A stretch of DNA of 51,816 nt from a virus. Its lineage: Duplodnaviria; Heunggongvirae; Uroviricota; Caudoviricetes. The stretch lies in IMG/VR virus record IMGVR_UViG_2627854066_000007; one strand, written 5' to 3'. The notes below the pieces were generated by a model. That model made no database searches, was not told the DNA's origin, and saw nothing but the letters and a program-made list of their open reading frames with translations. Shown piece by piece: positions 1 through 9,287 of the stretch; position 1 is the first letter of the stretch, and each line of letters opens with the position of its first letter. The position numbers were made by a program, and so were the translations under genes.

Positions 1-1020
1 ATGAAAAGCATTTTAATTGAAAAACCGAATCAACTGGCAATTATCGAACGCGAAATACCCACCCCGTCAGCGGGTGAAGTACGAGTAAAAGTGAAACTTG
101 CCGGAATTTGTGGTTCAGATAGCCATATTTATCGTGGGCATAATCCTTTTGCGAAATATCCGCGCGTCATTGGTCATGAATTCTTTGGCGTCATTGATGC
201 AGTGGGTGAAGGCGTGGAAAGCGCCAGAGTCGGTGAACGCGTTGCTGTCGATCCGGTGGTCAGCTGTGGGCATTGCTATCCGTGCTCTATAGGTAAGCCG
301 AACGTTTGTACGACACTGGCTGTATTAGGTGTGCACGCTGACGGTGGTTTCAGTGAATATGCCGTGGTTCCGGCAAAAAATGCGTGGAAAATTCCTGAAG
401 CAGTGGCCGATCAATATGCGGTGATGATCGAACCTTTTACCATTGCGGCTAACGTTACCGGTCATGGTCAACCGACTGAAAATGATACCGTTCTGGTTTA
501 CGGTGCCGGTCCAATCGGCCTGACGATCGTTCAGGTATTAAAAGGCGTCTATAACGTTAAAAATGTGATTGTTGCCGATCGCATTGATGAACGACTGGAA
601 AAAGCGAAAGAGAGCGGGGCAGACTGGGCGATTAATAACAGCCAGACACCGCTTGGCGAGAGTTTCGCTGAAAAAGGCATCAAGCCGACATTAATTATCG
701 ATGCGGCTTGTCATCCTTCTATCCTGAAAGAGGCTGTAACGCTGGCTTCTCCAGCGGCACGTATTGTATTGATGGGCTTCTCCAGTGAACCGTCTGAAGT
801 GATTCAGCAAGGAATTACCGGAAAAGAACTCTCTATTTTCTCTTCACGCTTAAATGCAAATAAATTTCCGGTCGTTATCGACTGGTTAAGTAAAGGGTTA
901 ATTAAACCAGAAAAATTAATTACCCATACGTTTGATTTCCAGCATGTTGCTGATGCCATTAGTTTATTTGAACAGGATCAAAAACATTGCTGCAAAGTCT
1001 TACTCACTTTTTCTGAATAA
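1..1020 (+). CDS. rspB: Zn-dependent alcohol/sugar dehydrogenase (MDR family), RspB-like
   Basis: 339-aa ORF with the GHEFxG catalytic-zinc motif, a Cys-rich structural-zinc loop (CGHCYPCSIGKPNVC) and a Rossmann GAGPIGL motif; lies next to the int end of the prophage as rspB does beside Qin in K-12. Confidence 0.8.
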   Translation: MKSILIEKPNQLAIIEREIPTPSAGEVRVKVKLAGICGSDSHIYRGHNPFAKYPRVIGHEFFGVIDAVGEGVESARVGERVAVDPVVSCGHCYPCSIGKPNVCTTLAVLGVHADGGFSEYAVVPAKNAWKIPEAVADQYAVMIEPFTIAANVTGHGQPTENDTVLVYGAGPIGLTIVQVLKGVYNVKNVIVADRIDERLEKAKESGADWAINNSQTPLGESFAEKGIKPTLIIDAACHPSILKEAVTLASPAARIVLMGFSSEPSEVIQQGITGKELSIFSSRLNANKFPVVIDWLSKGLIKPEKLITHTFDFQHVADAISLFEQDQKHCCKVLLTFSE

Positions 1021-1077
1021 TACCAATAACGGCGAGTAAGTAGTACGCATCTTACCTCTTTTTTAGAGATAACCATT

Positions 1078-1089
1078 ATGACAATAGAA
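1078..1089 (+). pseudogene. ydfJ: ydfJ start codon plus codons 2-4 (MTIE), cut off by IS66-family insertion
   Basis: ATG ACA ATA GAA immediately precedes the IS left end; joining it to 3532 onward after removing one copy of the 8-bp duplication restores MTIEKHERSTKDLVKAAVSGWLGTALEF. Confidence 0.6.
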
Positions 1090-1126
1090 GTAAGCGTACA
1101 GCGAGGGCCGTATTGACGGGGATGTG

Positions 1127-2665
1127 TTATTCAGCTGGCAGTGCTATGCGCCACGGAAGCAGTTCGCTGACCCGGTTGACCGGCCAGTCTGCTATGACGC
1201 CAAGCACATGGCGAAGGTAGCTTTCTGGATCCACGTCATTCAGTTTGCACGTCCCTATCAGGCTGTACAGTAGCGCTCCCCGCTCACCACCATGGCCAGA
1301 GCCGAAGAACAGGAAGTTTTTACGACCCAGACTTACCGCCCGCAGGGCATTTTCAGCGATGTTGTTGTCGATTTCCACCCAGCCATCGTTCGCATAGTAC
1401 GTCAGTGCCGGCCACTGGTTAAGTGCGTACGCGAACGCCTTCGCCAACTCTGAGTGTCGCGACAGGGTCTTCATCTTTTCACGCAACCAGCTTTCCAGGG
1501 ATTTCAACAGCGGTTTCGTTTTTCGCTGACGTTCAGCAAGCCGCTGCTCTGCCGGCATTCCCCTTATATCCGCCTCTATGGCGTACAACTGACCGATCTG
1601 CTCCAGGGCTTCTTCCGTCAGTGCTGACGGGATGCGGACGTGCACATCGTGGATCTTTCGGCGGGCATGAGCCCAGCAGGCAGCTTCCGTTATCCCACCA
1701 TTGCGATACAGCTCGTTGAACCCGGCGTACGCATCCGCTTGCAGCACACCGCTGAAGCAAGCAAGATGAGTCTGCGGATGGATGCCTTTTCTGTCCGGGC
1801 TGTAAGCGAACCACACTGCAGGTGCCAACGCTGACCCGGCATTGCGGTCATCACGAACATACGCCCACAACCGCCCGGTCTTCGTCTTCTTATTACCCGG
1901 CATCAGTACCTGGACCGGGGTATCATCGGCATGGAGTTTGCCGTCAGTCATGACATAGCCATGAAGCGCCTCTTCCAGCGGAGACAGCAGCCGGCAGCAT
2001 GCATCCACCCAGCCCGACAGCAGTGAACGGCTCAGCTCCACACCTTGCCGGCCGTATATTTCTGACTGGCGATACAGCGGGGTGTGCTCTGCATACTTCG
2101 AGGTCAGCACGCGGGCCAGCAGCCCCGGTCCGGCGATACCCCGCTCGATGGGCCGCGAAGGTGCAGGTGCCTGCACGATGGCATCGCACTGAGTACAGGC
2201 ATGTTTTTCCCGTACCGTCCGGATAACCCGGAAGGCGCTACGCATCAACTCCAGCTGTTCGGCGGTATCCTCGCCCAGATAGCTCAGTGAACCGCCGCAG
2301 TTCGGGCAGCACGGCGCCGCAGGCAACAGTCGCTTTTCGTCACGGGGTAGTGATTCAGGGAACGGCTTACGGATGCGGGTCTGACGCAACGGACGCTGTA
2401 CTGCCGGGTCATACACCCTACCAGTCAGCGTATCGCTCTCTTTCTGAAGCTGGTTCAGATCGGCTTCCATTTGTGCGATACGGCGGGAGACTTTTTCGGA
2501 ACGACTGCCGAAGTTCATCCGGCGGAGTTTATCCAGCTGCGCCTGCAGATGGTCTATTTCGCGCTCCCGGTTGCTCAGCTTTTCCTGCAGGGCGTGGATC
2601 AGCGCTTCCTGTTCGGCCAGGCGCTGTTTCAGCAGGAAGATGTCGTCAGAAGAGATGTCGTTCAT
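1127..2665 (-). CDS. tnpC: IS66-family transposase TnpC
   Basis: 512-aa ORF with N-terminal leucine-zipper-like coiled coil, CxxC zinc motifs and DDE-type core; a paralog is at 37170-38708. Confidence 0.9.
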   Translation of the reverse strand: MNDISSDDIFLLKQRLAEQEALIHALQEKLSNREREIDHLQAQLDKLRRMNFGSRSEKVSRRIAQMEADLNQLQKESDTLTGRVYDPAVQRPLRQTRIRKPFPESLPRDEKRLLPAAPCCPNCGGSLSYLGEDTAEQLELMRSAFRVIRTVREKHACTQCDAIVQAPAPSRPIERGIAGPGLLARVLTSKYAEHTPLYRQSEIYGRQGVELSRSLLSGWVDACCRLLSPLEEALHGYVMTDGKLHADDTPVQVLMPGNKKTKTGRLWAYVRDDRNAGSALAPAVWFAYSPDRKGIHPQTHLACFSGVLQADAYAGFNELYRNGGITEAACWAHARRKIHDVHVRIPSALTEEALEQIGQLYAIEADIRGMPAEQRLAERQRKTKPLLKSLESWLREKMKTLSRHSELAKAFAYALNQWPALTYYANDGWVEIDNNIAENALRAVSLGRKNFLFFGSGHGGERGALLYSLIGTCKLNDVDPESYLRHVLGVIADWPVNRVSELLPWRIALPAE

Positions 2666-2714
2666 AAGCCCGTATTTTACCGGGCTTATTCTGTGACAAC
2701 CAGGATAAAGAGAT

Positions 2715-3062
2715 TTACAGCATGGTCAGGGAGGTCAGCAGCCGCTTAGGCTGTCGCCAGTCGATACCTTCCAGCAGCATCGCCAGCTGCGCCTGTGTAA
2801 GGAACACTTTGCCATCACGGGCTGACGGCCAGGCGAAGCGCCCACGCTCCAGCCGTTTGGTCAGGAGGCACAGTCCGTCACCGGTGGACCACAGCAGTTT
2901 AACCTGACTGCCGCTGCGGCCCCGGAAAATGAAAACATGGCCGGACATGGGATCGTCTTTCAGCGCCGTCTGTACTTTCGCAGCCAGGCCGTTGAAGCCA
3001 TTTCTCATATCGGTGATACCGGCAACCAGCCAAATTTTGGTCCCGGAAGGTAAAGGGATCAT
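2715..3062 (-). CDS. tnpB: IS66-family accessory protein TnpB (Orf2)
   Basis: 115-aa ORF directly upstream of tnpC, overlapping tnpA stop by 4 nt; near-identical paralog at 38757-39104. Confidence 0.85.
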   Translation of the reverse strand: MIPLPSGTKIWLVAGITDMRNGFNGLAAKVQTALKDDPMSGHVFIFRGRSGSQVKLLWSTGDGLCLLTKRLERGRFAWPSARDGKVFLTQAQLAMLLEGIDWRQPKRLLTSLTML

Positions 3063-3460
3063 CGCTTCAGTTCCTGTATCAGCAGAGTCAGGAGCTTTTC
3101 GCTGACATTGCCATTGAAGCGGAGCGTCCCGTGCCGGAACGTTACCTCACAGCTGATACTGAGGGTTTCCGGGTCCTCTGCGAGCGATTCTGGCTGTTCG
3201 GCAGCTGCATCGAGAGTCACAGGAAGTAGCTGGGGGCTCTCTGAAGAAGGTAATAGCAGCTTTCCCTCGCGCCATTGTTGTCGCCATTTGAACAACAGAT
3301 TGGCGTTAATGCCATTTTCAAGAGCAAGTTTTGAGATGGATATCCCGGGTTCACAGGAGGCAGCAACGAGCTGCTGTTTAAATTCGGGAGGATAATTAGG
3401 GCAGCCTTTTCGCCTGCCGGGAGTCACATTTTTCTGCATATCTGACACTTTGGTTCCCAC
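3059..3460 (-). CDS. tnpA: IS66-family accessory protein TnpA (Orf1, HTH)
   Basis: 133-aa ORF, first gene of the IS66 three-gene operon; paralog at 39101-39505. Confidence 0.8.
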   Translation of the reverse strand: MGTKVSDMQKNVTPGRRKGCPNYPPEFKQQLVAASCEPGISISKLALENGINANLLFKWRQQWREGKLLLPSSESPQLLPVTLDAAAEQPESLAEDPETLSISCEVTFRHGTLRFNGNVSEKLLTLLIQELKR

Positions 3461-3531
3461 TACTTATTTGGTGGACACCACTTTGTCTAATTCATCAGAT
3501 TCTGACCAGACGGTTCAGGCTGTACGCTTAC

Positions 3532-3620
3532 CAATAGAAAAACACGAAAGAAGCACTAAGGATTTGGTGAAAGCAGCAGTATCGGGATGGCTGGGCACTG
3601 CGCTTGAATTTATGGATTTC
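3532..3620 (+). pseudogene. ydfJ: ydfJ 5' fragment (codons ~2-30) between IS66 copy 1 and attL
   Basis: Reading frame encodes PIEKHERSTKDLVKAAVSGWLGTALEF, which continues as MDFQLYSLGAALVFHEIFFPE at 50533 on the far side of the prophage. Confidence 0.65.
3605..3620. other. attL core (prophage left junction within ydfJ)
   Basis: TGAATTTATGGATTTC here versus TGAATTATGGATTTC at 50527-50541; the two copies bracket the prophage and both lie in the ydfJ reading frame. Confidence 0.5.
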
Positions 3621-3657
3621 AAGAGTCATACGTGTCAACTATTTGATAAATATTAAA

Positions 3658-4953
3658 TTAATTTTTCATTGCTTCGTTATGGGGCATGGTTGGGGCAAAC
3701 TCGCTTAACTGTGTATTTAACAAAGCTACCTGTGCATTATTGTTTTCAGACATCCATTTTCCGTATACCTGAAATACCATTTGCGCATCTGCATGGCCCA
3801 TCTGGTTTGCTATAAATGCCGGGTTAGCACCAGCTGTCAGCGACCAGCAGGCATAAGTATGTCTCGACTGATATGATTTTCGATGGCGGAGTCCGGCACG
3901 TTTTATCGCTGCGTCCCACATCTGCCTTATTGAGTCAACGGTAAAATGGTCACCATAATTTTTTACTCTCGCTGACACTTCAGGTTGAAAAACAAAGGTG
4001 CATTTTTGTTTTTCTGTTCTGCCATACTCTCTGAGGTGAACATCAATGATATGCTCTTTGCTCAGTCTCGTTAATGTCATCTGACTCCGGAGAGCGTCGA
4101 TTGCTGGCTTAATAAGATGAATGACCCGATTGGTTCCCGCCTGTGTTTTTGGTACCGTGAAACGGTCTTTTGCTAAATTTCTCCTGATCATCATTGTTCC
4201 ATTTTTCAGATCTATGTCCTCCCATCCAAGTGCACACAGCTCACCAGGGCGAACGCCAGTATAAACAGAAACACACCATAAATTTTTTGCTTGCTGATTT
4301 CTGCACGCATCGATAAGACGGATAAATTCCTCCCGCGAAAGAGGATCCGGAATGGTTCTTGATTCCTTTAATGGCGAGATCCCCTTAAACGGATTATCTG
4401 GCAGGTAACCGTTATCAACACCAAACTGGAACACGGCGTTAAGATTTGTCATGTAATTATTTACAGTTACAGCCGATCTCCCTGGTTGTGTAACAATATA
4501 GTTACTTTTGGGGATCTGGTATCCAGTCAGTAGCTCTTTACGAACCTCCAGTAATTTTTCTTTATTAATCGATGAGGCAAGATTTTTTTCACCGATTATG
4601 CTCAGGATATTTTTGATGACGGCACGGTATGTGTTGAGTGATGTTTTGGCGACTTCAGTTTCTTTCAGTGCCAGAAATTTTTCAGCCAGTTCTTTTATGG
4701 TTAAATCTTGTCGGGCCTCACCAAATTTTTCCAGATTGCGTGAGGAGGGAAACTGTTTTGCATAGTCGAAAACACCAGTTTTTATTGCGTAACAAACAGA
4801 GGAGCGTAGTTCACCTGCAACGCGCCTGTTTTTTGCTGTGTCAGGAACCCCCAGATTTTCCCTGACTCTTACGCCTTTATAAACAAACCAGATACGTAAT
4901 TTCCCTCCATGGTTTTCCACGCCTGTCGGATATTTCATTTCAACTTCTCTCAT
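3658..4953 (-). CDS. int: Phage integrase (tyrosine recombinase)
   Basis: 431-aa ORF adjacent to attL; C-terminal catalytic region with RxxR...HxxRH...Y-type motifs (RSQMTLTR, HTYACW, QMGHADAQMVFQVYGKW); true start may be the internal Met at residue 6. Confidence 0.9.
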   Translation of the reverse strand: MREVEMKYPTGVENHGGKLRIWFVYKGVRVRENLGVPDTAKNRRVAGELRSSVCYAIKTGVFDYAKQFPSSRNLEKFGEARQDLTIKELAEKFLALKETEVAKTSLNTYRAVIKNILSIIGEKNLASSINKEKLLEVRKELLTGYQIPKSNYIVTQPGRSAVTVNNYMTNLNAVFQFGVDNGYLPDNPFKGISPLKESRTIPDPLSREEFIRLIDACRNQQAKNLWCVSVYTGVRPGELCALGWEDIDLKNGTMMIRRNLAKDRFTVPKTQAGTNRVIHLIKPAIDALRSQMTLTRLSKEHIIDVHLREYGRTEKQKCTFVFQPEVSARVKNYGDHFTVDSIRQMWDAAIKRAGLRHRKSYQSRHTYACWSLTAGANPAFIANQMGHADAQMVFQVYGKWMSENNNAQVALLNTQLSEFAPTMPHNEAMKN

Positions 4954-4972
4954 TAGTTAGTGTGGCTTTTAG

Positions 4973-5224
4973 TCAAGTAAGATGACGTCTTGGTCTCGCT
5001 GATGCCTGGCGCTCAATCCAGCGATCAATTTCTTCCAGGTTGTAAAAGCATGGACTGTTATCCCATGGCATACTGTCATGAGCGACATGCTTATATTCCC
5101 TTCCTTCCATAAACGATTTTTCCCGGGCCTTTTTTAACGTACCTTTTTTTATTCCTTTCAGCGCAATTAACTGCTCTTCGGATACCCATTTGCCGGGAGA
5201 GACAATCATGATTACTTCGCTCAT
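4973..5224 (-). CDS. xis: Excisionase-like small protein
   Basis: 83-aa basic ORF immediately upstream of int on the same strand; assignment is by position and size. Confidence 0.55.
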   Translation of the reverse strand: MSEVIMIVSPGKWVSEEQLIALKGIKKGTLKKAREKSFMEGREYKHVAHDSMPWDNSPCFYNLEEIDRWIERQASARPRRHLT

Positions 5225-5296
5225 CGATTTCTTTATCTCTTACATCAGACGAGCGCCGGTTGCAGAATACCAGTCACAACCGGCGACAGTTGAACA

Positions 5297-7768
5297 TTAA
5301 GAATCAGCCTGACTCGGGATCAGTTTTTGCCAGATAACTGAAACGTATTTTGCCTGGTAACGGGCGTCATCAAGTGCATTATGGCGCTCACCTTCGAATG
5401 GAATAGCCGTTCTGGCATCGAAGTCTATGGCTTTCCCCAGCTCAACGATTGTGCGTACATCGCGATCGTTGTAGTAACGCCACGGGCAGGGGATCCCCTG
5501 CCGTTCGTATGAACGGCGCAAAATCGTGTTGTCGAAGTTGGCTCCATTTCCCCAAACCTGAACAAAAAATTCACTGGAGTTTTCGTCGATAAATTCCCGC
5601 AATTGTAACAGTGCATCATCTAACGGGATTTCATCGGTCATAATGGCAGATTGCGCTTCGCGTGATTGCTTAAGCCACCATTTAATGGTGTCCCGATCAA
5701 TGACTCCGCCAGCAGTTTCCAGATCGATAGTCTTACTAAATTCCGGTCCCATATCTCCGGTTTGCGGATCGAAAAATATTGCACCTATTGAGATGATCGG
5801 GGCATCAGGATTTTTTCCCATGGTTTCAAGGTCGATCATTAGATGGTCACACGTCCTGCTGGTGGATGTGATTTCGTGATGACCGTTCACCTTAATTGAG
5901 TGATCTGCCGTCTCGCCAGTTTCATTATCGCTATTGTGATGCTGATTGCCGCCAGTGTTCTCCTTGTGTGGATGTTCAGCGCCTTCCATTTCCTCCGGAT
6001 CATCTTCCTGAACTTCAACCTGATACTCTTCATCGAATGTTTCTTGGTATGTTGCGTCGCCCATCACCGCGCCACAATCAGGGCAGTTGCCGCCGCCGGT
6101 CTGACCGCAGGCGGTGCAGACTTTTTCCACTTCCTGTTGCGCCACTGGTTCAGGCTGTTTCGTTTCTGGCTCGTTTTGTAACGCATTTGTGCTGTTTTGT
6201 TCCGCTTTTTGGTAGTTCCGTTCCGATTCATGCTGGTTCTGGTTCACAGAATCGCGGGTCTGGATCCCCTTAACCCATTTCGGATCATTCGGGTCACTAA
6301 TCCCTTCAACAAATTCACCACGTGATGCAGCAAGCAACTTATCGGCGTCAGGCTGGCTGATATTGGCTGCCTGCATAATTTTGTTTACTTCGTCAGCGGT
6401 AACTTTTATCGGCTCTGGTTGTTCTGAATCTTCAGCGGTATCTACATTTTGCGGTAAGCCCGTGTATGTGCCATTTTTTCGGGCAAAATATTCTTCTTTT
6501 GTGATTTCAGTGGCGCCAGCAGCCAGTGCCTTATCCAGACCAGAAAGTTTGTTTGCGCGACCGTATTTTTCTCCGTCCTTATCTGCGAAGAGGAAATAGA
6601 ACGGCCCCTCACGCTCTACAGATGGTTCAGCTTCCGGCGCGGTTTCATTTTTTGGGATATCAGATACCTCAGTTTCCACTGCATCAGTTTGTGTTTCTGA
6701 TGACTGGAGAACATCAACAGTGCCCAGGTCTGTTTCTTCATTCTCAAACACGCCCTTTGTCGTCAGGTATTCGCAGATATATTTGTTCAGTGCTATGGGA
6801 TCTTTGTGAATGTCGATCGGACGCTCACGGACAAGGCCAAAAATAGTCTGGCGGTCGTAGCGAAGGGCATCAGGCTGTTTGCGCATTGATGCCGAGATAC
6901 GCTTCCAGTCTTCGCGGTCGTTGTCGATAACTTCTTTTTTTGCCCAGCGATGGATGCTGCCGTCAATGTTTCCGGCATCCACATCACCAGGCCAGAGAGC
7001 GTAGGCCAGTTCGTCATCCAGTGTTTTCCATGTCTGCTTGTATTCGCGATGAATGGCAGCAATGACCGGGCTGATTTTTCCTGTTGAATTTTCAGTGTAC
7101 TGTTGATTGGCTCTGGCGCGGGCGAGATCAACAACAGACGTGTATTTTCCGGTTTCCTTGCGTTCACCTTCGCGACGTTTTTTCCAGATGCGCATCTCTG
7201 CCTGAATTTCGGGCCATTTAGCACCAGGAATACATTTATGCTTAACCCACCCAATGGCGTGCAACTTAAGCTCCGGATACATGGCGTTAACTTCTGGCAT
7301 TTTCATCAACGCTTCAACGATATGTCCGTCGAATGTTGCCATGTCTTCCTGCAACAATTCCTGTGCGCTAATAACCATATCAACGGTGATGTTTTCACAT
7401 GTGTCGAACTTAACCATGACAGCGTTCTGTACTTCAGGGGCCAGCTTGTCAAAAGTGACGTTCATCGGATCGGATTCAGTCTCAACCGGGACAAAAGAAG
7501 CAGACTCCTCATCCCAGCGGTTTTCCTGCATATATTCAGCATCCCATGAATCGAGGGCAGGGCGGGGTATGCCAGGTTTATCCTCGCAGACAATAAATTT
7601 ATAAGCGCAGTCCTGAGCAGCCGGATAATGTTCCAGGAACTGCCAGTGAAATTTTGCTCGAGCACGGCGTTCGTCGCCAGCTTCAATGGCTGTGGCTACA
7701 GCCACAGCGCCTTCTTCCCTTGTTGCCAGTTCGTCAGGAATAGCGGCGCAAATAAAGACTTTACTCAT
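5297..7768 (-). CDS. Phage exonuclease with C-terminal DEDDh-type 3'-5' exonuclease domain
   Basis: 823-aa ORF; C-terminal ~200 aa carry DLET, NGANFD and HNALDDA motifs consistent with the DnaQ-like DEDDh fold; a long acidic low-complexity linker precedes the domain. Confidence 0.75.
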   Translation of the reverse strand: MSKVFICAAIPDELATREEGAVAVATAIEAGDERRARAKFHWQFLEHYPAAQDCAYKFIVCEDKPGIPRPALDSWDAEYMQENRWDEESASFVPVETESDPMNVTFDKLAPEVQNAVMVKFDTCENITVDMVISAQELLQEDMATFDGHIVEALMKMPEVNAMYPELKLHAIGWVKHKCIPGAKWPEIQAEMRIWKKRREGERKETGKYTSVVDLARARANQQYTENSTGKISPVIAAIHREYKQTWKTLDDELAYALWPGDVDAGNIDGSIHRWAKKEVIDNDREDWKRISASMRKQPDALRYDRQTIFGLVRERPIDIHKDPIALNKYICEYLTTKGVFENEETDLGTVDVLQSSETQTDAVETEVSDIPKNETAPEAEPSVEREGPFYFLFADKDGEKYGRANKLSGLDKALAAGATEITKEEYFARKNGTYTGLPQNVDTAEDSEQPEPIKVTADEVNKIMQAANISQPDADKLLAASRGEFVEGISDPNDPKWVKGIQTRDSVNQNQHESERNYQKAEQNSTNALQNEPETKQPEPVAQQEVEKVCTACGQTGGGNCPDCGAVMGDATYQETFDEEYQVEVQEDDPEEMEGAEHPHKENTGGNQHHNSDNETGETADHSIKVNGHHEITSTSRTCDHLMIDLETMGKNPDAPIISIGAIFFDPQTGDMGPEFSKTIDLETAGGVIDRDTIKWWLKQSREAQSAIMTDEIPLDDALLQLREFIDENSSEFFVQVWGNGANFDNTILRRSYERQGIPCPWRYYNDRDVRTIVELGKAIDFDARTAIPFEGERHNALDDARYQAKYVSVIWQKLIPSQADS

Positions 7769-7861
7769 TTTGTTTTAACCTCATGACAGATTTAAGGATG
7801 AACAAATCCCTGCCATTGCTGGCATATAAGAATGAAACCGGATATTTATTACGGAACTGTT

Positions 7862-8053
7862 TTAAAGACCTGCCGGGATTTCGATATTATCCTGGTGAAT
7901 AACTTTATCGACCGGGTAACAGTTACCGGGAATTTTCTGTTCGGTTGCTGCTGTCATACACTCCTGCATTGTCCTGTGAACACTGACTGCAATATCAACT
8001 GGCTCTCCGGAAACAAGAAAAACTGTCAGAACAAGCGCAAATGCTGAATTCAT
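7862..8053 (-). CDS. ydfD: YdfD-like small membrane/lysis protein
   Basis: 63-aa ORF from an internal Met (MNSAFALVLTVFLVSGEPV...) with an N-terminal hydrophobic segment; overlaps dicB stop. Confidence 0.55.
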   Translation of the reverse strand: MNSAFALVLTVFLVSGEPVDIAVSVHRTMQECMTAATEQKIPGNCYPVDKVIHQDNIEIPAGL

Positions 8054-8238
8054 TGTGCACATCCTTTTGGCATCAGACGTAAACGAGCCAGCATTGAAAC
8101 AATGCATATTTTATTTAATAGCTCCCGTTCTTGTTTTCTCTTGTTAATGGCATCTTCAGTAAATACAGGGTTACTGATAGTGACACCAATTTCAAAACAA
8201 CCTTCAGACGTATTAACGTTTGGTAATAACGTTTTCAT
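8050..8238 (-). CDS. dicB: Cell division inhibitor DicB
   Basis: 62-aa ORF MKTLLPNVNTSEGCFEIGVTISNPVFTEDAINKRKQERELLNKICIVSMLARLRLMPKGCAQ, matching DicB as I recall it, ~175 nt downstream of dicF. Confidence 0.7.
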   Translation of the reverse strand: MKTLLPNVNTSEGCFEIGVTISNPVFTEDAINKRKQERELLNKICIVSMLARLRLMPKGCAQ

Positions 8239-8411
8239 TATCGCGTCCTCAACAATGAATTTTGTGATGCAATGCCTGGTGCCTCCAGGTGACGTTAACC
8301 AGTTAACAATTAACGCCGGATACAGAGAATCCACCCATAACACTGTTTTTGGTTTTAACTGTTCCGCGTGCGCTTAGCCGCATTCACCGCATCACAAAAT
8401 TCACTTTAAAA

Positions 8412-8466
8412 ACGGCGGCAGAGCAGTCACGGAGTAAAACTGATACCGCCAAACGTCACCAGAAAA
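8412..8466 (-). ncRNA. dicF: DicF small regulatory RNA (ftsZ-targeting)
   Basis: Reverse complement reads TTTTCTGGTGACGTTTGGCGGTATCAGTTTTACTCCGTGACTGCTCTGCCGCCG followed by a T-run, matching the DicF sequence as I recall it and ending in its terminator hairpin. Confidence 0.75.
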
Positions 8467-8740
8467 TTGATAACAGAGGGCGTTGCAGCGGGGTTGTCAC
8501 TTAAGCGTATGGTCAACCTGACAACTCGGTGTCCTCAACGGGGAAGGAATAACCCTGCCATACTTACCGCCGCGCCATTTCGCGGGTTGCCACAACCGGA
8601 AGCGCACGGTCGAATTAAATTTAACGACACCGTACAGTGAGACGAACTTCGCCGTGCGCTTTCGTGTTGTGTGCCTGCTTTTAACCACGTCAGGCGAGGT
8701 GGTATCCTTCTTATTCCGAATAACCAAGAAGGAAATCTAT

Positions 8741-8941
8741 ATGACTAAAGAAGAATTTGTCTCTTATATTTTTGATAAAACGGTTGAAATGTATGCCGCT
8801 ACTTACGGGTCCTGTAATCCTCTGAATAAACCAGAGGGGAAAGATGATTTCGACAAAATTTACCGCTTCTTGGAGGACCGCTATATCAAAAGGTTAGAGG
8901 ACGCAGGGATCAAATCCCCAGTGAAGTCACCATTGTCCTGA
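8741..8941 (+). CDS. Hypothetical 66-aa protein, antisense to the dicF precursor region
   Basis: ATG preceded by AAGGAAAT Shine-Dalgarno at good spacing; hydrophilic product MTKEEFVSYIFDKTVEMYAATYGS...; overlaps the 3' end of the minus-strand ydfB/C-like gene by 32 nt. Confidence 0.3.
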   Translation: MTKEEFVSYIFDKTVEMYAATYGSCNPLNKPEGKDDFDKIYRFLEDRYIKRLEDAGIKSPVKSPLS

Positions 8942-9287
8942 GAACTTGCAGGACGTCATGATCGTAACTTCCATCCAAACCGCGACGGCAAATTGCTTCT
9001 CGTATTACCGGAAGCAGTTCGCTGGAAATCTCGGTGCATATTTCACCTGATAATACGCCTGGCTCAAGTGAGAATATTGGTGAACTTACGGTCTTGGTCT
9101 CGACAGTTTCAGAGTCAGTGCCAACATTATAAAGCTCAACGAAAGCGGTCTTGATTTTCCGGGCCAGATCTTTTGCTGGCTCGCTTGCAATATCTTTCCC
9201 GATTTCTCGCAGCACAGAATGCAATGTATGAGCTGCTGTTTTCTGTACATCAGACGGTAAATCTTTAAATTCCATCGTCAGCCTCAT
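8910..9287 (-). CDS. YdfB/YdfC-like protein of the dicB operon (single 125-aa ORF here)
   Basis: Start codon overlaps ydfA stop (TGATG); occupies the ydfB-ydfC position of K-12 Qin, with ~445 nt spacing to dicF. Confidence 0.5.
   Translation of the reverse strand: MRLTMEFKDLPSDVQKTAAHTLHSVLREIGKDIASEPAKDLARKIKTAFVELYNVGTDSETVETKTVSSPIFSLEPGVLSGEICTEISSELLPVIREAICRRGLDGSYDHDVLQVLRTMVTSLGI

Larger units (their letters stand above)
1090..3531 (-). mobile_element. IS66-family insertion sequence, copy 1 (tnpA-tnpB-tnpC), 2442 bp
   Basis: Ends begin with GTAAGCG (left) and end with CGCTTAC (right), typical IS66 imperfect terminal inverted repeats; flanked by 8-bp direct repeat CAATAGAA (1082-1089 and 3532-3539); three ORFs of 133, 115 and 512 aa in IS66 order. 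Confidence 0.85.

Noticed and set aside
98-292. 64-aa ORF inside rspB in an alternative frame
   Set aside because: Fully nested within the dehydrogenase gene; no independent support.
1423-2749. Several plus-strand ORFs (61-126 aa) inside IS66 tnpC, and equivalents in copy 2 at 37472-38949
   Set aside because: Antisense or alternative frames of the transposase genes; Pro/Arg/Ala-rich; both IS copies reproduce the same artefact pattern.
7832-8047. 71-aa plus-strand ORF overlapping ydfD
   Set aside because: Antisense to the ydfD/dicB operon, Cys-rich and odd in composition, with no Shine-Dalgarno.
8497-8727. 76-aa minus-strand ORF between dicF and the ydfB/C-like gene
   Set aside because: Highly basic, poorly composed product in the region that corresponds to the untranslated dicF precursor in K-12; probably not translated.
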